DNA of 64,000 bases from NCBI GenBank assembly GCA_963783575.1, contig CAWAOD010000005.1, positions 96,001 to 160,000 of the forward strand, written 5' to 3'. The translations under genes were made by a program, and so were the position numbers. This document shows, in pieces, positions 1 through 10,708 of the stretch. The notes under the pieces are model-generated. The model searched no databases, was not told the origin of the DNA, and worked only from the letters and a program-made list of their open reading frames with translations. Source of the DNA: an uncultured Spirochaetota bacterium (GTDB lineage: Bacteria > Spirochaetota > Brevinematia > Brevinematales > JAOACQ01). The first letter of the stretch is position 1. Every line of letters begins with the position of its first letter.

Positions 1-1
1 G

Positions 2-583
2 GGATCATCTGTAACACAAGGGTTTGCGGCTAAGAACGAATCATTTGTTGATTATATACAAAAAAGGAACAATTGTACTTGCATAAAGGAAGCAGTCAGT
101 GGGACCACATTGCTGGATAACGGCAGCAACTCATATATTCGGCGAATGTATAAGTTAAACAAAAAAGCAAAAATCAATGTGTTTATTTGCCAATTATCCA
201 CAAATGACGCTCGTTTTAATAAATTGGGGAAATTAAGCAAGTCAAAAAATCGCAACGATTTTGATACAACTACTACAACCGGCGCAATAGAATTCATTAT
301 TTCTTATGCATGTGAAACATGGAACTGCCCGGTGGTTTTTTATACAAGTACATATTACAAAGATAAAAATTACAAGGCGATAGTTGACAGGCTTCTTGAA
401 ATTAAAAACAAATGGGAAATATGTGTTATTGATCTATATAATGATAAAGAAATGTATAATATTTCCAAAAAAGAACGCAATTTGTATATGAATGACTATG
501 TTCATCCTGTCCGCGCTGGTTATAAGTTGTGGTGGACTCCCGTTTTTGAAAAGTATTTGTACAATTTGTTAGGGCATGGATAG
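2..583 (+). CDS. SGNH/GDSL hydrolase family protein (5'-partial)
   Basis: Frame open from window start, reading GSSVTQG...KEAVSGTT...QLSTND...DYVHP (SGNH blocks I, II, III, V). Confidence 0.8.
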   Translation, partial: GSSVTQGFAAKNESFVDYIQKRNNCTCIKEAVSGTTLLDNGSNSYIRRMYKLNKKAKINVFICQLSTNDARFNKLGKLSKSKNRNDFDTTTTTGAIEFIISYACETWNCPVVFYTSTYYKDKNYKAIVDRLLEIKNKWEICVIDLYNDKEMYNISKKERNLYMNDYVHPVRAGYKLWWTPVFEKYLYNLLGHG

Positions 584-627
584 ATTCTCCCTATTGTGGA
601 AATATATGCATTGAAAAGGAACTCATT

Positions 628-1194
628 ATGAGAATAACAACCATTTTAGGCAGCCCAAAAAGAAACGGCAATACCGCAGCTATACTCAAGGCTTTTGAAA
701 AACTGGCCCAGGCAAATAATAGCATTGATAGAATAAACATTACGGAAATGACGATAAAGGGCTGCCGTGGATGCGATGCATGCCAACTAAAGGCTGATGT
801 GCCCGGGTGCTTACAGAAAGATGATTTCCAGGAAGTTATTAATAGAATCATGAATGCCGATTTTATTGTCTATGCTTCACCGGTATACGTGTGGGATTTT
901 CCGGCTCAAATGAAAACTTTGATAGACCGCCATTACTGCCTGGTCAAATGGAAAAATTATGATAAAGAGATATATCTACTTGAAAATAAACACACCGCAT
1001 TGCTTGCAACATGCGGCGGGGAGGCAGAAAATAACGCTGACCTGATACAGGAAATATACAAGAGAGAAATGAATTATTTACATTGCAATATAGTTGGCAA
1101 CTATATTGTGTCTCTCTGTACGGTCCCTTCGGAGCTAGGGAGTAAAACTGAACAGACAGCACAGCAAATGGCAAAAGATTTTATCAAAACATAA
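628..1194 (+). CDS. Flavodoxin-family iron-sulfur flavoprotein / NADPH-dependent FMN reductase
   Basis: GSPKRNGNT, CRGCDAC..C, ASPVYVW motifs. Confidence 0.85.
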   Translation: MRITTILGSPKRNGNTAAILKAFEKLAQANNSIDRINITEMTIKGCRGCDACQLKADVPGCLQKDDFQEVINRIMNADFIVYASPVYVWDFPAQMKTLIDRHYCLVKWKNYDKEIYLLENKHTALLATCGGEAENNADLIQEIYKREMNYLHCNIVGNYIVSLCTVPSELGSKTEQTAQQMAKDFIKT

Positions 1195-1259
1195 TTTCCA
1201 AGCCGGTCCGATAATTGGGATTACCTTGGAATTCGGAAAAAATAGTACGCTAAGGTTAT

Positions 1260-2243
1260 TTAGTCCAAATCATCGTAGCGAAGAAGTTGCGAACTTTTCC
1301 ATTTCTTTATCGAAACTATCCATAACAGGCATATCAATCCCCAATACTTTTTTCCTGAAACTCTTAGGTTATCATAAGATTCTTTTATTTCACGTGGATC
1401 ACCAAGCGCATGGAGAGAACTCCGTATGACACTTTTATTATGTTTGAATAAAAATTTCGACATAAAAAGGGCAATATTTCTGCCGATAATTGAATTATTT
1501 AAATACATAGATGTTTCAGGGTAGAGTTTTAAATTGACACCCATTTTTTTTGTTACCTCGAGGCATTCTTTAACGGTTAAGAGAGTCAATAATCCATTTT
1601 TCTTATCCTTTAACAGAGCTTCGATTCCTCCTGAACGGACAACAGGAGGCCAGAGGCCGGCGCTTACTGCATATTGCACCTGGATATATTCAAGTATGTT
1701 TTTCTGGATTACAGGTTTTAAGTCAGCCGATTTGAACAATGCTGTTATTGATTTAAGACAATCATTATCAAGACCCTGGACCTGTCCTATATCAATGCTA
1801 TTATATATTACTGCAATCAGCTTATCTCCTTTAAAAGCTCCGCCAGCTTTTGCATCACCAAAGATATATTTATTCCGGTCAATAATCCGGTCAATTTCAG
1901 AAGTTCCTTCCCAGTTCTGAGTTAGAAGAAGATAGTCCGCGTTTCCTGTAGCAGGAACAAGATTTTTTAAAGTGTTTATTAACTGATATGGTTTAGTTGG
2001 AATAATTACTATGCCATAAGGATCCCCATCGGTTTTTGTTGATTCTGTCATCTCAGGCCTGTATATACCTTTAAACCATTTTTTATGGCCGCGGCGGTTA
2101 TCCAGCATATCTATTTCTATGCCATTTTTGAAATTTCCTGACCTTCCGGATCTTACATAATGCACAACTTTGTGGCCGGTATTTGAAAGGGCCCATCCGT
2201 AAATTGTACCTATAACTCCCGTTCCCACAATTAGAACTTTCAT
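1260..2243 (-). CDS. Ketopantoate reductase (PanE/ApbA) family protein; probable frameshift near the C-terminus
   Basis: N-terminal VLIVGTGVIG Rossmann motif; alternative frame after the A-run near 1350 gives LGIDMPVMDSF. Confidence 0.7.
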   Translation of the reverse strand: MKVLIVGTGVIGTIYGWALSNTGHKVVHYVRSGRSGNFKNGIEIDMLDNRRGHKKWFKGIYRPEMTESTKTDGDPYGIVIIPTKPYQLINTLKNLVPATGNADYLLLTQNWEGTSEIDRIIDRNKYIFGDAKAGGAFKGDKLIAVIYNSIDIGQVQGLDNDCLKSITALFKSADLKPVIQKNILEYIQVQYAVSAGLWPPVVRSGGIEALLKDKKNGLLTLLTVKECLEVTKKMGVNLKLYPETSMYLNNSIIGRNIALFMSKFLFKHNKSVIRSSLHALGDPREIKESYDNLRVSGKKYWGLICLLWIVSIKKWKSSQLLRYDDLD

Positions 2244-2893
2244 TTTATATCCTCCGTTTTTATTATTCTGAAAGAAGTTGTCAGCATTTTCAAAGAATAA
2301 CGCATATATTCCTCAAGACCTATACCGAACATTTCACTGAATCCATCGCGGTTTTTAGCCATTTCTGAAAATATACTGACTGTACTGGATACAAGGAAAA
2401 GAGTTCCAAGCCTTTGGTCTATCTCAGAATTTATGGTCTTATCAGTCTTACCGATGGTAATAATAGCTCCGAAGATTTCGAACATTCTCTGCTGAAGCTT
2501 TAATATGTCCTGATGATAAGAACTTTCCTTCTCACGTGTATGGATGAGCCTTGCCCTGCTCATTATCAGGAATTGGTCAGGCTCATCAATGAATAATCTT
2601 AAATAAGCCTCACCTACATTATAAAGTTTTTCATCACCTGAAACATTACTTTTAAGTATTTCTTCAAACACATTAACAAGTCTACCGAAAGTATTAAGTG
2701 CAAGCGCAAAATAAATATCTTCTTTAGCCTGAAAATATCTGTAAATTGTTCTCTTAGTAAAACCTGAAGCTTCAGCTATCTCATCCATTGAAGAAAAATC
2801 ATATCCTTTTTTTATAAATATTCTTTCAGCCGACTTGAGTATGATATTTTTTCTGGAATATTTTTTTACATCCCTGACTGAAATCTTTGCCAT
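2240..2893 (-). CDS. TetR/AcrR family transcriptional regulator
   Basis: FIKKGYDFSSMDEIAEASGFTKRTIYRYF HTH. Confidence 0.9.
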   Translation of the reverse strand: MAKISVRDVKKYSRKNIILKSAERIFIKKGYDFSSMDEIAEASGFTKRTIYRYFQAKEDIYFALALNTFGRLVNVFEEILKSNVSGDEKLYNVGEAYLRLFIDEPDQFLIMSRARLIHTREKESSYHQDILKLQQRMFEIFGAIITIGKTDKTINSEIDQRLGTLFLVSSTVSIFSEMAKNRDGFSEMFGIGLEEYMRYSLKMLTTSFRIIKTEDIK

Positions 2894-3139
2894 AAGCCCT
2901 CTTTATAAGGATACTAATAGTATACTTATTTTTTATAAAAATGTCAATTAAGAGATTTCTCTTGAAGATGCCCGTATATTGGGCAAAAAAATTGTCAGGG
3001 ATATAAAATCAGGTAAAAATATCAAAACCAATAATATTTTGATTTTTTGAGAGATAATGGCGATAATAAACAAATTGAAATATTTTTATGCCGAATGACT
3101 TGCACAATATAAAATTTGGCAGGATTTAGGAGAATTTTT

Positions 3140-3715
3140 ATGCCGCCTAAAACCACCTATGAAAAAAAAGAGATATTGAATATAGCCTTAAAGTTATTGC
3201 AAAATAAAGGGTTCAACGAGCTGACGGCAAGAAAAATAGCCGAAGAATTAAATACTTCCACTGCACCGATCTATACTTATTTTTCCTCAATAGATTCTTT
3301 AAAAAGGGAAGTGCTTAAGAATGTAAGTGAAATGATACTTGATTATTCCCGGAAATCTTATACTAAAAACACGGCATTGAATTGCGGTATTGGCTTCGTT
3401 TTGTTTGCACGGGACTATCCAATTCTATTCAGGGTTTTATTTCTTGAAAATACTGGGTTTAAAGATATAATAGAGAATTTAATCAAGGCTTTAAGAGAGA
3501 TTATGTTTTCAATGCCTAAATTGAACAGCTTGAAAAATAATGAAAAAGAAAACATTTACATTAATTTATGGATTTCTACATACGGCCTGGCGACACTGGC
3601 CTGTGTCGGTCTCCTTGAGGACAACAGCGAGGAATATATTATCGGTAAACTTAGAGAAATTTCATTATCTACTTTGAAGGCGGCTGTTGATTTAAATGCT
3701 TTTAAAGACAAATAA
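3140..3715 (+). CDS. TetR/AcrR family transcriptional regulator
   Basis: MPPK start after AGGAG RBS; GFNELTARKIAEELNTSTAPIYTYF HTH. Confidence 0.88.
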   Translation: MPPKTTYEKKEILNIALKLLQNKGFNELTARKIAEELNTSTAPIYTYFSSIDSLKREVLKNVSEMILDYSRKSYTKNTALNCGIGFVLFARDYPILFRVLFLENTGFKDIIENLIKALREIMFSMPKLNSLKNNEKENIYINLWISTYGLATLACVGLLEDNSEEYIIGKLREISLSTLKAAVDLNAFKDK

Positions 3716-3725
3716 GAAATAAATT

Positions 3726-4952
3726 TTAAGATTCCCACTTGCTCCGGATTGCCTTGATTATGTCATATATCTCGAAAAATATCACTACCAGTTCAGGATC
3801 GAATTGTATTCCCGATTGCTGTTTTAAATAAAAAAGAACCCTATCCTCTTCCCAGGCATCCTTGTAAACCCTTCTGTTTATTAAGGCATCGTAGACATCT
3901 GAAATCGCAACAATTCTTGCCGATAAAGGTATTTCGGCGCTTTTTTTCCCTTCCGAGAATTTGATCTGATCTGAATTTATTGTTTCAATTCTTCCCGGGT
4001 ATCCTGTTCCATCCCACTTTTCATGGTGGTTCAGGCAGATTTCAGCCGCCATTCTTTCCCAGTCTGATTCCGAATTCTCAAAAAGCCTGGCTCCATAGAT
4101 CGTATGATATTTAATGGTATTAAATTCATCATCGGTAAGCTGGTCTTTCTTTTTTAAAATCGCGTCCGCTATACCTACCTTTCCGATGTCGTGAATCATT
4201 GACGCTATCTTAAGAATATCTTTATAACTATTTATTTCATTCAAAGGCACATTGTGATTTTCAGCCCATTTCTGGTAAATTTCAACCGAATAAGAACTGA
4301 CTCTATTGACATGTTTTTGGGTCTCTTCAGGATCTCTCATTTCCGACAGCTTTATCATCCTGTGCACTATATCCCTTACCATAAGCGCCCGTTCGATGGA
4401 GACAGCCGCCCAATAAGCAAATTGAGTGATCAGCATCCTGTCTTTTGATGTAAATGTGACAATTTTATTATCACCGCTCTTTGCATTTATCAATTCGATA
4501 ACTCCGATAACCTCACCCCTTGTATTCTTTATGGGTATGACTAGAATGGATTTTGTCCTGTAGGATGATATCTCATCAAAATATGCATTAAAAGAATAAG
4601 GAGCTTTTTTATTAATAATGTAAGCATCCGGTATGGACAGTGATTTACCGGTCAGCGCGGAATAGCCCACAATCGATTTTTCGCTGATATCCACCTCTCG
4701 ATTTGTGTAAATATATTTATTGGATAAAATATCCTTTTTAAAAACGACATCATTTTGAACATAGCTGAATTTTAAGATATTTTTCTCAACAAGAAAAATT
4801 GAACCTGCTTCTGCATTTGTAAAAATACGGCATTCTAAAAGGATATTGTTCAGCAGCATATTAATATCTTTAATGTGATAGATTTGTTCTATTTTCTCGA
4901 GCATAATTCCAAGTGTTTTTTTATCGCTTCCCCGGCCGAAAAACGGATCCAT
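3726..4952 (-). CDS. GAF + HD-GYP domain c-di-GMP phosphodiesterase
   Basis: GAF (YRTKSILVIP), HDIGK, HHEKWDGTGYP, DVYDAL motifs. Confidence 0.9.
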   Translation of the reverse strand: MDPFFGRGSDKKTLGIMLEKIEQIYHIKDINMLLNNILLECRIFTNAEAGSIFLVEKNILKFSYVQNDVVFKKDILSNKYIYTNREVDISEKSIVGYSALTGKSLSIPDAYIINKKAPYSFNAYFDEISSYRTKSILVIPIKNTRGEVIGVIELINAKSGDNKIVTFTSKDRMLITQFAYWAAVSIERALMVRDIVHRMIKLSEMRDPEETQKHVNRVSSYSVEIYQKWAENHNVPLNEINSYKDILKIASMIHDIGKVGIADAILKKKDQLTDDEFNTIKYHTIYGARLFENSESDWERMAAEICLNHHEKWDGTGYPGRIETINSDQIKFSEGKKSAEIPLSARIVAISDVYDALINRRVYKDAWEEDRVLFYLKQQSGIQFDPELVVIFFEIYDIIKAIRSKWES

Positions 4953-4965
4953 AATTTCTCCTTTT

Positions 4966-6243
4966 TTACTTTATCTCTTTGTCAAGAATCCTGGAATAAT
5001 CACTGGCTGATATATTTTTTTCTATTTCTATATCTCTTCTGATAAAATTAATTCTGTGGACTATTTTCGATGTATCATAACATGTTAATTTACCTTCTTC
5101 ATTTATATATAGATTAGGATTTCCTTTAATTAATTCTTTCAGTAAAGCTTCTCCTTCGTTTTTTGATAAACCTGTGAAATTCAAAATATCTTCAACCGTA
5201 AAATCAAAGGTGCAGGGCGTGTTTTTTTCAATCGGTACACGGTACTTCATCAATTGTGTATGCAGAGCATCATAAATTTTAAGCTCGGGATCAGTTATAA
5301 ATAGATTGGCGATCTGTAAATAAACCAGCCATAGCCTGTCGGCCAGTATCTCAAATATTCTTGTAACTATCGATGGATTGTTTTGGACTAAAGTTTCAAA
5401 ATTAAATCGCGTAACAGGCATTAATTTTACATCGCCGGCAGCTATGGCATTTGAGTTTCTGGTTTTATTCTCTATGATTGACATTTCACCGAATACATCT
5501 CCAAGAGGAAGAACATTCAACAGTACTTCTCTATCTTTATAAACTTTTGTGATTCTAACGTTTCCTGACTGAACGACATAGAGTTCTTCGCCGATTTCGC
5601 CTTCCATAAAAACGGGCTGATTTTTTTTATAATAATAAAAATGATCGTCCATTTCAGGTTCGAAGGGTATCATTAAACGTTCAGTCATATTGATGAGGTT
5701 AAGCATCTTTCTTGCATTACTGGCTTTTTCATTTGCTGTTGAGTATTGCAAATAACGTGAAAACGCATAACCTGCAAGACTGTAATTTTTATTTTTGAAA
5801 TAGTACTCACCGGCATCATATAAATGATTTATATTCTGGGGAAGAAGTATTTCAGGGGGCGATTTTGTGTTCAAAGTAGCTATTATTGAATCGTAATGCC
5901 GGAGCTGTTTGCTGAAATATTTAATTATTTTCATCGCTATATCGGTATTATTTTTAATCAGTTCTTCAAATTCATCCCTTTTAACAATTATAACTGAAGT
6001 ATCTTCCAGGGCAAGAACCGATTCCATCCTTTGCCGTTTTGCCATACAGGAAATGACCCCGAACAGGTCGCCCGCTTCCAGAATCCTGCATTTTCTCACT
6101 TCATTGTTGGTTATAAGGAATTTCGACATACAGCGCTCAACAGAACCTGTTTTGATTATATAAAATCTGTCAAGCTCATCAAGGCCATCAACTGTAATAT
6201 AAGAACCTTTTTTAAAATGATGTAATTCATAACCGGCGGTCAT
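4966..6243 (-). CDS. Tandem cyclic-nucleotide-binding domain protein (Crp/Fnr-like) with central TPR-like helix pair
   Basis: Two cNMP folds (GDLFGVISC...R; GDVFGEMSII...RNSNAIA). Confidence 0.8.
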   Translation of the reverse strand: MTAGYELHHFKKGSYITVDGLDELDRFYIIKTGSVERCMSKFLITNNEVRKCRILEAGDLFGVISCMAKRQRMESVLALEDTSVIIVKRDEFEELIKNNTDIAMKIIKYFSKQLRHYDSIIATLNTKSPPEILLPQNINHLYDAGEYYFKNKNYSLAGYAFSRYLQYSTANEKASNARKMLNLINMTERLMIPFEPEMDDHFYYYKKNQPVFMEGEIGEELYVVQSGNVRITKVYKDREVLLNVLPLGDVFGEMSIIENKTRNSNAIAAGDVKLMPVTRFNFETLVQNNPSIVTRIFEILADRLWLVYLQIANLFITDPELKIYDALHTQLMKYRVPIEKNTPCTFDFTVEDILNFTGLSKNEGEALLKELIKGNPNLYINEEGKLTCYDTSKIVHRINFIRRDIEIEKNISASDYSRILDKEIK

Positions 6244-6372
6244 AAAAAACCTGATCTAATAAAATATCGGCGACTTATAACAAAATCTGCTGATAAATAA
6301 ATTTGCTTGATCAAGATATTTTATTAATTGAATAAATTTTATGCAAATAAAGTTCAAGTTATTACATTAATT

Positions 6373-7029
6373 TTAGTTATTGGGGGTTAGTAATTTCCAT
6401 GCGCTTCTAAAACCAAAACCGAGCGGCTGCTGGATCATTATAGAGAAAAGTGCGAATTGTTCAAGCTGCCTTGAAAATTTTAAAGGACCTACATCCAGGG
6501 TGCGCATACCTCCGTCTTTGATTAATTTTTCAACAGTCGATTTGGCTTTAGTGTCATCTCCGGCAATAAAAATATCCAGCGGCAAATTATTTATGCTTCC
6601 TTCAAGAAGCGAAGATGAGAAAACAGTATTGAAGGCTTTTACAACAGGTATTTTATTGCCAGTTAATTTTTCGATTTCTTCGGCTGCGGAAGAATTTCCC
6701 GGTATGGAAAGCCCATCATAAGCATTGTTCAAAGGATTTGTGATATCAATGAGAATTTTGCCGTTAAGAGCCGGAAGGATAATTTTCATTACTTCCTCAA
6801 CTGCCGAATAGCCAAGTGCTAAAACAACCGCTTCGCCTTTTACCGCAGATACCTGAAGAAAAGCTCCTTCAGCAGGAATCTTCGGTCTAATGATTTTGTT
6901 CAATTCAGCGGCCAAACTTTCCGCTTTTAAAACATCCCTTCCAAGGACAGTAAGATGATGACCGCCCGCAAGCACCCTTGAACCGATTCCCTTCGCCATG
7001 TTTCCGTTACCAATAATTGTTATATGCAT
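6373..7029 (-). CDS. NADPH-dependent F420 reductase family oxidoreductase
   Basis: IIGNGNMAKGI, IDITNPL, VVKAFNTVF, AGDD motifs. Confidence 0.85.
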   Translation of the reverse strand: MHITIIGNGNMAKGIGSRVLAGGHHLTVLGRDVLKAESLAAELNKIIRPKIPAEGAFLQVSAVKGEAVVLALGYSAVEEVMKIILPALNGKILIDITNPLNNAYDGLSIPGNSSAAEEIEKLTGNKIPVVKAFNTVFSSSLLEGSINNLPLDIFIAGDDTKAKSTVEKLIKDGGMRTLDVGPLKFSRQLEQFALFSIMIQQPLGFGFRSAWKLLTPNN

Positions 7030-7181
7030 AAAAACCTCCTATAAGATTATTTAGAATTTACTAATAATTTAATTATGTGTCAAATTTTACAATAAATTGC
7101 AATGAATCGAATTTTCTTGAATTTTATCGATTTATTTATTATTATTCAGAAGAAAGCAGTATTGAAAAGGAGGAAAAGTTT

Positions 7182-7481
7182 ATGCCGATTATGGAAATCA
7201 GTTTTGTTCCTATCGGAACATCAGCGACTTCAATCAGCGGTTACATTGTCTCGGCGGAAAAGGCTCTTGAGAATACCGGGGTAAAAAAGCAGATTACCTC
7301 AATGGGGACGATCATTGAAGCCGGTTCTGTCGAAATTCTGTTTAATCTGGCAAAAAAGATGTATGAAAATGTTATGAAGGCGGGTTCCATGCGGACATTA
7401 ATTAATATAAAAATTGATGACCGCTTGGATAAAGAGGCGAGCATGGAAGGCAAAGTTAAATCTGTTGAGAATAAATTATAA
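7182..7481 (+). CDS. MTH1187/YkoF-like thiamine-binding family protein
   Basis: MEISFVPIGT...SISGYI...TSMGTIIE...KIDDRLDK; AGGAGG RBS. Confidence 0.85.
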   Translation: MPIMEISFVPIGTSATSISGYIVSAEKALENTGVKKQITSMGTIIEAGSVEILFNLAKKMYENVMKAGSMRTLINIKIDDRLDKEASMEGKVKSVENKL

Positions 7482-7822
7482 TAAAAAGCCGCCCCATCAA
7501 TAGATGGGACGACTCTATTCTATAGGAAGGAAGGATTATTAATCCGTAATGAATATTCTAAAATATTAAGTCTTTATTATTAATAAAAGATGCAGATATT
7601 TAATAAATTAATTTTCTAAAATAATAAGTTTACTTTCTTTATCGGAAAACCTGAACTATATGGAAATTGTAAGGCTTTTTAAATATTTGCATTAATCTTT
7701 AATCTATGCTATTTTATAGTATCAATGTCTAATAGAAAAATACGGTTGAGACTACTTTAAAATCAATGCTTCTATAAAAAATAAATATATTCAAATTATG
7801 AATAGTATTTCGGGGGAAAGAA

Positions 7823-9352
7823 ATGAAAATAATATTTTTTATAGGTGCGATATTCTTTTTAATAATATCATCCTGCGGGAGGCTTGTTGTTAATGAAGAA
7901 AAACCGGTTGCGGAAGAATACATAAATATTGAGACAAACAGCGTTTTTACAACCGAAGAAACTGTTGAAGTCTCCAATAAATTAAAAGTATTAATTTTGC
8001 CTTTTGATAACAAATCTGACCAGAAAGCATATCCTAATTCTAAAATCGTTAATACAATCCTGCAGAATGAAATATATCCATTTCTTTATATTATTCCTTC
8101 ATTTGATGTCCCAGACAAGACAAATCTGGCAGCTTTGAATTCAGATTTATTGAACAGGCAGGATTTGAATACTCAGGAAATTTACAGTAATTACCAGGCT
8201 GATATTATAATATTTGGTGATTACGATCTTCATGGCATAAGTACAAATACAACTGCTCAAATCCACCTCAAAATATGGAAAAAATCTTCAGGAAAAACAC
8301 TTGCCCAGGAATATAAAACTCCGATCGATCCTGATATTTTTGATGCTACAGATGCTATGCTTTCACAGATTATAAAGTTTACACTTAACGGAGAATTAAA
8401 AATTGCGTATCTCAATATCGGGAATCTCAAAATTGGAAACGGATCATATTCTCTGGCGATCAATAATAAACCGGTGGCAAAAATAACCAATGATAATTTT
8501 TCACTGAATTTGAAAATATTACCGAACGCTGTTTATTCGGTTAGATTACGAAACCTTGCCGATAAAAGGAATGTGATCAACACAACGCTAATGTTAAAAC
8601 CTAGTGACACTACAAATATCAGCTATGCAGCCCTTGGAAATATCCGATGCTCAATAACTAATAGGGCACCTGGGGAAGATTTTCAGCTTTTTCTAAACGG
8701 CAATGAAATTCCTTTGGATTCGGTTATATCAAACCTCCCTGCAGAAAGGGATTATCAGGTTAAAGTGGTTGATAAAAATAAAAATGAATATTCAAATACT
8801 TTCTATTTGTCAGACGGCGAATTCAAAAAATATATCCTGCCTAAAAATAGAATGGTTTTGTATGATTATATTGGAATTTACGCAATTCCTTTTAATTCTT
8901 ACAATAACTATAACAGCAGCGTAAAAATTGACTCATATAAAGATTATAAGGATGGTAAAAAATGCTGTACCTGGGCTTTCAATGTAGCTTTTCTTACAGG
9001 TTCCGACAGCGGCTGGGCAGGGATCAGGTTTAATTTTGGAAGAAAAGAAATGGACTGGGCAGAATTTAATACCTTAAAAATATGGGTTTATGGAATGAAA
9101 ACTTATACATCTTATTTTATTCAATTAGTAAATAATCGTAATAATCGCTATAAACACTGGATTATAGATGACTGGAAAGGCTGGAAACAACTGTCGATCC
9201 CAATTAATCTGCTTAAATTCAAAAAAATTGACTACCCTTTAAAAAGCCTGGAATTTGGGATGAATTCTTCCGCATATGGGCTGGAAGGAAGACTTTCCAG
9301 CTATGGTAATTTCAAGTTCTCAATAGGCGGAATGGAAGTCACAAGAGAGTGA
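7823..9352 (+). CDS. Lipoprotein with C-terminal carbohydrate-binding (CBM11-like) domain
   Basis: Signal peptide ending LIISSC; C-terminal GWAGIRF...DWAEFNTLKIWVYG...GWKQLSIP. Confidence 0.55.
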   Translation: MKIIFFIGAIFFLIISSCGRLVVNEEKPVAEEYINIETNSVFTTEETVEVSNKLKVLILPFDNKSDQKAYPNSKIVNTILQNEIYPFLYIIPSFDVPDKTNLAALNSDLLNRQDLNTQEIYSNYQADIIIFGDYDLHGISTNTTAQIHLKIWKKSSGKTLAQEYKTPIDPDIFDATDAMLSQIIKFTLNGELKIAYLNIGNLKIGNGSYSLAINNKPVAKITNDNFSLNLKILPNAVYSVRLRNLADKRNVINTTLMLKPSDTTNISYAALGNIRCSITNRAPGEDFQLFLNGNEIPLDSVISNLPAERDYQVKVVDKNKNEYSNTFYLSDGEFKKYILPKNRMVLYDYIGIYAIPFNSYNNYNSSVKIDSYKDYKDGKKCCTWAFNVAFLTGSDSGWAGIRFNFGRKEMDWAEFNTLKIWVYGMKTYTSYFIQLVNNRNNRYKHWIIDDWKGWKQLSIPINLLKFKKIDYPLKSLEFGMNSSAYGLEGRLSSYGNFKFSIGGMEVTRE

Positions 9353-9367
9353 ATTAAAGTTTATATC

Positions 9368-10708
9368 TTATATTATTGTTCCATCCGGAATCGCCGCATT
9401 TTTATTTACAACAACTATACCGTCAACAATCGCATAATTGGCTTCAACCTTGTTAACAATATTTGCCTCATTAATTATCTTAACATTTTTACCTATCCTG
9501 CAATTTTTATCAATAATAGCGTTTTTAATGATAGAATTGTCGCCAATCCCGATATGAGGCTGCTTCTTATCGCGGTTTTTTTTCTTATCTTCATCAGTCT
9601 CATAAAAATCAGCCCCGATTATGAAACTGTTTTCAATTTTCACCCCTTTTTTTATAACACTTCTGACCCCGATAATGGAGTTTTTGATTGCCGCATCCTT
9701 AATAATAACTCCATCGCTAATAATACAATGCTCAAGTTTACCTGACGCTATTTCAGATGGAGGCAGAAAACGCGGATGGCTGAAGAATGGCGCGGATGAT
9801 TCATAAAAATTAAAAGCGCCGTTTTCCTTGGTAAGTTCGATATTTGCTGCATGAAAAGATTTGATCGTTCCGATATCTTCCCAGTAATTGTCATGAATGA
9901 ATCCATATACATTATATTTATTCTGAATGGAATAGGGTATAACTTCCTTTCCAAAATCAAGCATTTCCGGGTGAGTTAATAGAATATCAAACAGAATATT
10001 GATATTAAAGATATACATGCCCATAGAGCCGAAATGGGTTTTACCCTCCAGATTACAAATCGATAAAAACTTTTCGGAAATTTCCCACCCATTAATCAAA
10101 TCCATGGATTTAGGTTTTTCGATAAAATTTGTGATCCGCAGATCGTCGTCTATCCTAAGAATGCCGCACCTTGGTATGTCATCCTGGGGGACAGGAATTA
10201 TGCCGAGTGTAATATCGGCGTTATTGTCTATATGGCATGCCAAAAGTTTATGGAAATCCATTCTGTAAAGCTGATCTCCGGATAATATCAAAACATATTG
10301 AGCGTCTTTAGAATCCCTGTAGCTTCTGAAGTGCTTCAGCGCCCTCCTAACCGCATCCGCCGTTCCTTGTGTAAATCCGCTGTCGGAAATATCTTCGGTC
10401 TGTTCGGTTGCCAGAATATCCACAAATCCGTTGTGAAAGATGTCAAATTTATATGTCTGTACAATATGCCGGTTTAATGAAGCCGAGTTGTATTGTGTCA
10501 TAACAAAAACTTTATTTACACCTGAATTTATGCAGTTGCTTATCGGTATATCGATAAGCCTGTAATTTCCTCCGAAAGGCACAGCCGGTTTTGACCTGTC
10601 TTTTGTTAAAGGGTAAAGCCTGGTTCCCTTTCCGCCTCCTAGAATAACTCCAAGAACCTGGTTAACCGGGTTATTATATCGTTGATTCTTATTACTGCAA
10701 TCATTCAT
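9368..10708 (-). CDS. glgC: Glucose-1-phosphate adenylyltransferase
   Basis: LGGGKGTRLYPLTKDRSKPAVPFGGNYRLIDIP, GTADAVR, SGDQLYRMD, FIEKP motifs. Confidence 0.95.
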   Translation of the reverse strand: MNDCSNKNQRYNNPVNQVLGVILGGGKGTRLYPLTKDRSKPAVPFGGNYRLIDIPISNCINSGVNKVFVMTQYNSASLNRHIVQTYKFDIFHNGFVDILATEQTEDISDSGFTQGTADAVRRALKHFRSYRDSKDAQYVLILSGDQLYRMDFHKLLACHIDNNADITLGIIPVPQDDIPRCGILRIDDDLRITNFIEKPKSMDLINGWEISEKFLSICNLEGKTHFGSMGMYIFNINILFDILLTHPEMLDFGKEVIPYSIQNKYNVYGFIHDNYWEDIGTIKSFHAANIELTKENGAFNFYESSAPFFSHPRFLPPSEIASGKLEHCIISDGVIIKDAAIKNSIIGVRSVIKKGVKIENSFIIGADFYETDEDKKKNRDKKQPHIGIGDNSIIKNAIIDKNCRIGKNVKIINEANIVNKVEANYAIVDGIVVVNKNAAIPDGTII

